A stretch of 64,000 nt of DNA from Nemertoderma westbladi. Its lineage: Eukaryota > Animalia > Xenacoelomorpha. The DNA is taken from positions 62,714-126,713 of the forward strand of contig JAUCBJ010006637.1 of the NCBI GenBank assembly GCA_032718475.1. The letters are read 5' to 3'. Made by a program: the position numbers and the translations under genes. Shown here in pieces: positions 59,229 through 64,000 of this stretch; positions within the stretch are counted from its first letter, which is position 1, and every line of letters begins with the position of its first letter. The notes under the pieces were generated by a model. It was not told the origin of the DNA. It made no database searches and was given only the letters and a program-made list of their open reading frames with translations.

Positions 59229-62200
59229 TTACCTGTGGGATGAGCACCCGGCACCTGTCGTTCTGTACACCCACACACCTACCTGGTAAGGCGCTGTCTG
59301 GAGTGAGCACCCGGCACCTGCCGTTCTGTACACCCACACACCTACCTGGTAAGGCGCTGTCTGTAGTGAGCACCCGGCACCTGCCGTTCTGTACACCCAT
59401 ACACCTACCTGGTAAGGCGCTGTCTGGAGTGAGCACCCGGCACTTGCCGTTCTGTACACCCACACACCTACCTGGTAAGGCGCTGTCTGTAGTGAGCACC
59501 CGGCACCTGCCGTTCTGTACACCCATACACCTACCTGGTAAGGCGCTGTCTGGAGTGAGCACCCGGCACCTGCCGTTCTGTACACCCACATACCTACCTG
59601 GCAAGGCGCTGTCTGGAGTGAGCACCCGGCACCTGCCGTTCTGTACACCCACACACCTACCTGGTAAGGCGCTGTCTGTAGTGAGCACCCGGCACCTGTC
59701 GTTCTGTACACCCACACACCTACCTGGTAAGGCGCTGTCTGGAGTGAGCACCCGGCACCTGTCGTTCTGTACACCCACACACCTACCTGGTAAGGCGCTG
59801 GCTGGAGTGAGCACCCGGCACCTGCCGTTCTGTACACCCACATACCTGCCTGGTAAGGCGCTGTCTGTAGTGAGCACCCGGCACCTGCCGTTCTGTACAC
59901 CCACACACCTACCTGGTAAGGCGCTGGCTGGAGTGAGCACCCGGCACCTGCCGTTCTGTACACCCACACACTTACCTGGTAAGGCGCTGTCTGGAGTGAG
60001 CACCCGGCACCTGTCGTTCTGTACACCCACACATCTACCTTGGAAGGCGCTGTCTGGAGTGAGCACCCGGCACCTGTCGTTCTGTACACCCACACACTTA
60101 CCTGGTAAGGCGCTGTCTGGAGTGAGCACCCGGCACCTGCCGTTCTGTACACCCACACACCTACCTGGTAAGGCGCTGGCTGGAGTGAGCACCCGGCACC
60201 TGCCGTTCTGTACACCCACACACTTACCTGGTAAGGCGCTGTCTGGAGTGAGCACCCGGCACCTGCCGTTCTGTACACCCACACACCTACCTGGCAAGGC
60301 GCTGTCTGGAGTGAGCACCCGGCACCTGCCGTTCTGTACACCCACACACTTACCTGGTAAGGCGCTGTCTGGAGTGAGCACCCGGCACCTGCCGTTCTGT
60401 ACACCCACACACTTACCTGGTAAGGCGCTGTCTGGAGTGAGCACCCGGCACCTGCCGTTCTGTACACCCACACACTTACCTGGTAAGGCGCTGTCTGGAG
60501 TGAGCACCCGGCACCTGCCGTTCTGTACACCCACACACTTACCTGGTAAGGCGCTGTCTGGAGTGAGCACCCGGCACCTGCCGTTCTGTACACCCACACA
60601 TCTACCTGGTAAGGCGCTGTCTGGAGTGAGCACCCGGCACCTGTCGTTCTGTACACCCACACACCTACCTGGTAAGGCGCTGTCTGTAGTGAGCACCCGG
60701 CACCTGTCGTTCTGTACACCCACACACCTACCTGGTAAGGCGCTGTCTGGAGTGAGCACCCGGCACCTGTCGTTCTGTACACCCACACACCTACCTGGTA
60801 AGGCGCTGGCTGGAGTGAGCACCCGGCACCTGCCGTTCTGTACACCCACATACCTGCCTGGTAAGGCGCTGTCTGTAGTGAGCACCCGGCACCTGCCGTT
60901 CTGTACACCCACACACCTACCTGGTAAGGCGCTGGCTGGAGTGAGCACCCGGCACCTGCCGTTCTGTACACCCACACACTTACCTGGTAAGGCGCTGTCT
61001 GGAGTGAGCACCCGGCACCTGTCGTTCTGTACACCCACACATCTACCTTGGAAGGCGCTGTCTGGAGTGAGCACCCGGCACCTGTCGTTCTGTACACCCA
61101 CACACTTACCTGGTAAGGCGCTGTCTGGAGTGAGCACCCGGCACCTGCCGTTCTGTACACCCACACACCTACCTGGTAAGGCGCTGGCTGGAGTGAGCAC
61201 CCGGCACCTGCCGTTCTGTACACCCACACACTTACCTGGTAAGGCGCTGTCTGGAGTGAGCACCCGGCACCTGCCGTTCTGTACACCCACACACTTACCT
61301 GGTAAGGCGCTGTCTGGAGTGAGCACCCGGCACCTGCCGTTCTGTACACCCACACATCTACCTGGTAAGGCGCTGTCTGGAGTGAGCACCCGGCACCTGT
61401 CGTTCTGTACACCCACACACCTACCTGGTAAGGCGCTGGCTGGAGTGAGCACCCGGCACCTGCCGTTCTGTACACCCACACACCTACCTGGTAAGGCGCT
61501 GTCTGGAGTGAGCACCCGGCACCTGCTGCCGTTCTGTACACCCACACACTTACCTGGTAAGGCGCTGTCTGCAGTGAGCACCCGGCACCTGCCGTTCTGT
61601 ACACCCACACACTTACCTGGTAAGGCGCTGTCTGGAGTGAGCACCCGGCACCTGTCGTTCTGTACACCCACACACCTACCTGGTAAGGCGCTGTCTGCAG
61701 TGAGCACCCGGCACCTGCCGTTCTGTACACCCACACACTTACCTGGTAAGGCGCTGTCTGGAGTGAGCACCCGGCACCTGTCGTTCTGTACACCCACACA
61801 CCTACCTGGTAAGGCGCTGTCTGGAGTGAGCACCCGGCACCTGCCGTTCTGTACACCCACACACCTACCTGGTAAGGCGCTGGCTGGAGTGAGCACCCGG
61901 CACCTGCCGTTCTGTACACCCACATACCTGCCTGGTAAGGCGCTGTCTGGAGTGAGCACCCGGCACCTGCCGTTCTGTACACCCACACACCTACCTGGTA
62001 AGGCGCTGTCTGGAGTGAGCACCCGGCACCTGTCGTTCTGTACACCCACACACTTACCTGGTAAGGCGCTGTCTGGAGTGAGCACCCGGCACCTGTCGTT
62101 CTGTACACCCACACACTTACCTGGTAAGGCGCTGTCTGGAGTGAGCACCCGGCACCTGCCGTTCTGTACACCCACACACTTACCTGGTAAGGCGCTGTCT

Positions 62201-63390
62201 GGAGTGAGCACCCGGCACCTGTCGTTCTGTACACCCACACACTTACCTGGTAAGGCGCTGTCTGGAGTGAGCACCCGGCACCTGTCGTTCTGTACACCCA
62301 CACACCTACCTGGTAAGGCGCTGTCTGGAGTGAGCACCCGGCACCTGTCCGTTCTGTACACCCACACACTTACCTGGTAAGGCGCTGTCTGCAGTGAGCA
62401 CCCGGCACCTGTCGTTCTGTACACCCACACACCTACCTGGTAAGGCGCTGTCTGGAGTGAGCACCCGGCACCTGTCGTTCTGTACACCCACACACCTACC
62501 TGGTAAGGCGCTGTCTGGAGTGAGCACCCGGCACCTGCCGTTCTGTACACCCACACACCTACCTGGTAAGGCGCTGTCTGGAGTGAGCACCCGGCACCTG
62601 CCGTTCTGTACACCCACACACCTACCTGGTAAGGCGCTGTCTGGAGTGAGCACCCGGCACCTGCCGTTCTGTACACCCACACACCTACCTGGTAAGGCGC
62701 TGTCTGGAGTGAGCACCCGGCACCTGTCGTTCTGTACACCCACACACCTACCTGGTAAGGCGCTGTCTGGAGTGAGCACCCGGCACCTGCCGTTCTGTAC
62801 ACCCACACACCTACCTGGTAAGGCGCTGTCTGGAGTGAGCACCCGGCACCTGTCGTTCTGTACACCCACACACCTACCTGGTAAGGCGCTGTCTGGAGTG
62901 AGCACCCGGCACCTGCCGTTCTGTACACCCACACACCTACCTGGTAAGGCGCTGTCTGGAGTGAGCACCCGGCACCTGTCGTTCTGTACACCCACACACC
63001 TACCTGGTAAGGCGCTGTCTGGAGTGAGCACCCGGCACCTGCCGTTCTGTACACCCACACACCTACCTGGTAAGGCGCTGTCTGGAGTGAGCACCCGGCA
63101 CCTGTCGTTCTGTACACCCACACACCTACCTGGTAAGGCGCTGTCTGGAGTGAGCACCCGGCACCTGTCGTTCTGTACACCCACACACCTACCTGGTAAG
63201 GCGCTGTCTGGAGTGAGCACCCGGCACCTGCCGTTCTGTACACCCACACACCTACCTGGTAAGGCGCTGTCTGGAGTGAGCACCCGGCACCTGTCGTTCT
63301 GTACACCCACACACCTACCTGGTAAGGCGCTGTCTGGAGTGAGCACCCGGCACCTGCCGTTCTGTACACCCACACACCTACCTGGTAAGG
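59229..63390. repeat. 63-bp intronic minisatellite (~66 copies) containing the GRAMD4 5' splice site
   Basis: The - strand unit is GTA[G/A]GTGTGTGGGTGTACAGAACGGCAGGTGCCGGGTGCTCACTCCAGACAGCGCCTTACCAG. Confidence 0.97.
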
Positions 63391-63563
63391 GTGTTTCCTG
63401 TTGTTCCAACCCAAATAGTTCAGTAAAGGTTGTATTGTCTATCAGAGGATCTTCCCTAATCATGCCACACGGTACCATGAGTGCTGCATTAACCCGACTA
63501 AATGTCCCTGCTAGTATATTCATACCTGGAGACCCGCTTTTTGTCTCCACGCTTCTTTGTATT
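63382..63563 (-). CDS. GRAMD4: GRAMD4-like internal exon (gene continues beyond window)
   Basis: tttacag|IQRSVETKSGSPG...DNTTFTELFGLEQQETPLP g|gtaggt; F.E.F.L...E.PL is the GRAM N-terminus; phase 1 joins the 58760 exon. Confidence 0.82.
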
Positions 63564-64000
63564 CTGTAAATACAGTATATAAATTTTGTTCAAAATTACA
63601 TTTATGTTTGAATTTTTAATTAATTTATTTTAAAAAATTTTCAGGTTTGTCATAATACGTTTATTATGACATGATCTTCATAATATTAGTTGTATACTGT
63701 ATGTGCTGCACCTGTACATACAGGTAGGCCTACAACGTAGTACTGAGTCCTACATTTCGGAAGATTTATTTGTATCCTAACAGTAGGCCTAGTACGTAGG
63801 ATTTGTTATTATACAATAATAAAAACTTGGTTGCGCTTAAAACCCTAAGGCTTTTACAGTTGATGGGGCAACATAACTATCAGGTGAAATTCTGTGAAAA
63901 TAATTCTGCACCGCTAGGTGGCGCTGCAAATTTATGCAAATTTTTTAGGTTTGTTATAAATAGTATTAAAATTTATTAACAAAAAATTTCAAAACGTTAT

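Noticed and set aside
59206-63569. 1000-1400-aa ORFs on both strands
   Set aside because: Product of a 63-bp unit; only 63382-63563 is a supported exon.

Overview
AT-rich, repeat-dense animal (metazoan) genomic DNA; nothing indicates a prokaryotic origin. I reconstructed four host genes by hand from GT-AG boundaries with matching phases: an intronless MTAP (8758-9597, -), a 4-exon CTHRC1-like gene head-to-head with it (10170-14364, +), a 5-exon MIC19/CHCHD3-like gene (44517-34827, -), and the last three exons of a GRAMD4-like gene (63563-54331, -). A 569-aa repeat-containing ORF of unknown function lies at 2878-4587. Mobile DNA includes an apparently intact Kolobok-type transposon (TTAA TSD), at least five copies or fragments of one RTE-type LINE family, several non-autonomous TIR elements with readable TSDs, and tRNA-derived SINE heads. 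About a dozen minisatellites account for most of the long ORFs in the track, which are artefacts. The most unusual signal is repeats built from splice junctions. One GRAMD4 intron is mostly ~66 copies of a 63-nt unit that each read GT...branch-like CTCAC...CAG. The next intron is mostly ~50 copies of its own 3' splice site, with AG intact or mutated in blocks. A LINE insertion also duplicated a CHCHD3 donor through its TSD. All family assignments come from motif recognition, not database searches; copy numbers are estimated as span divided by unit length.
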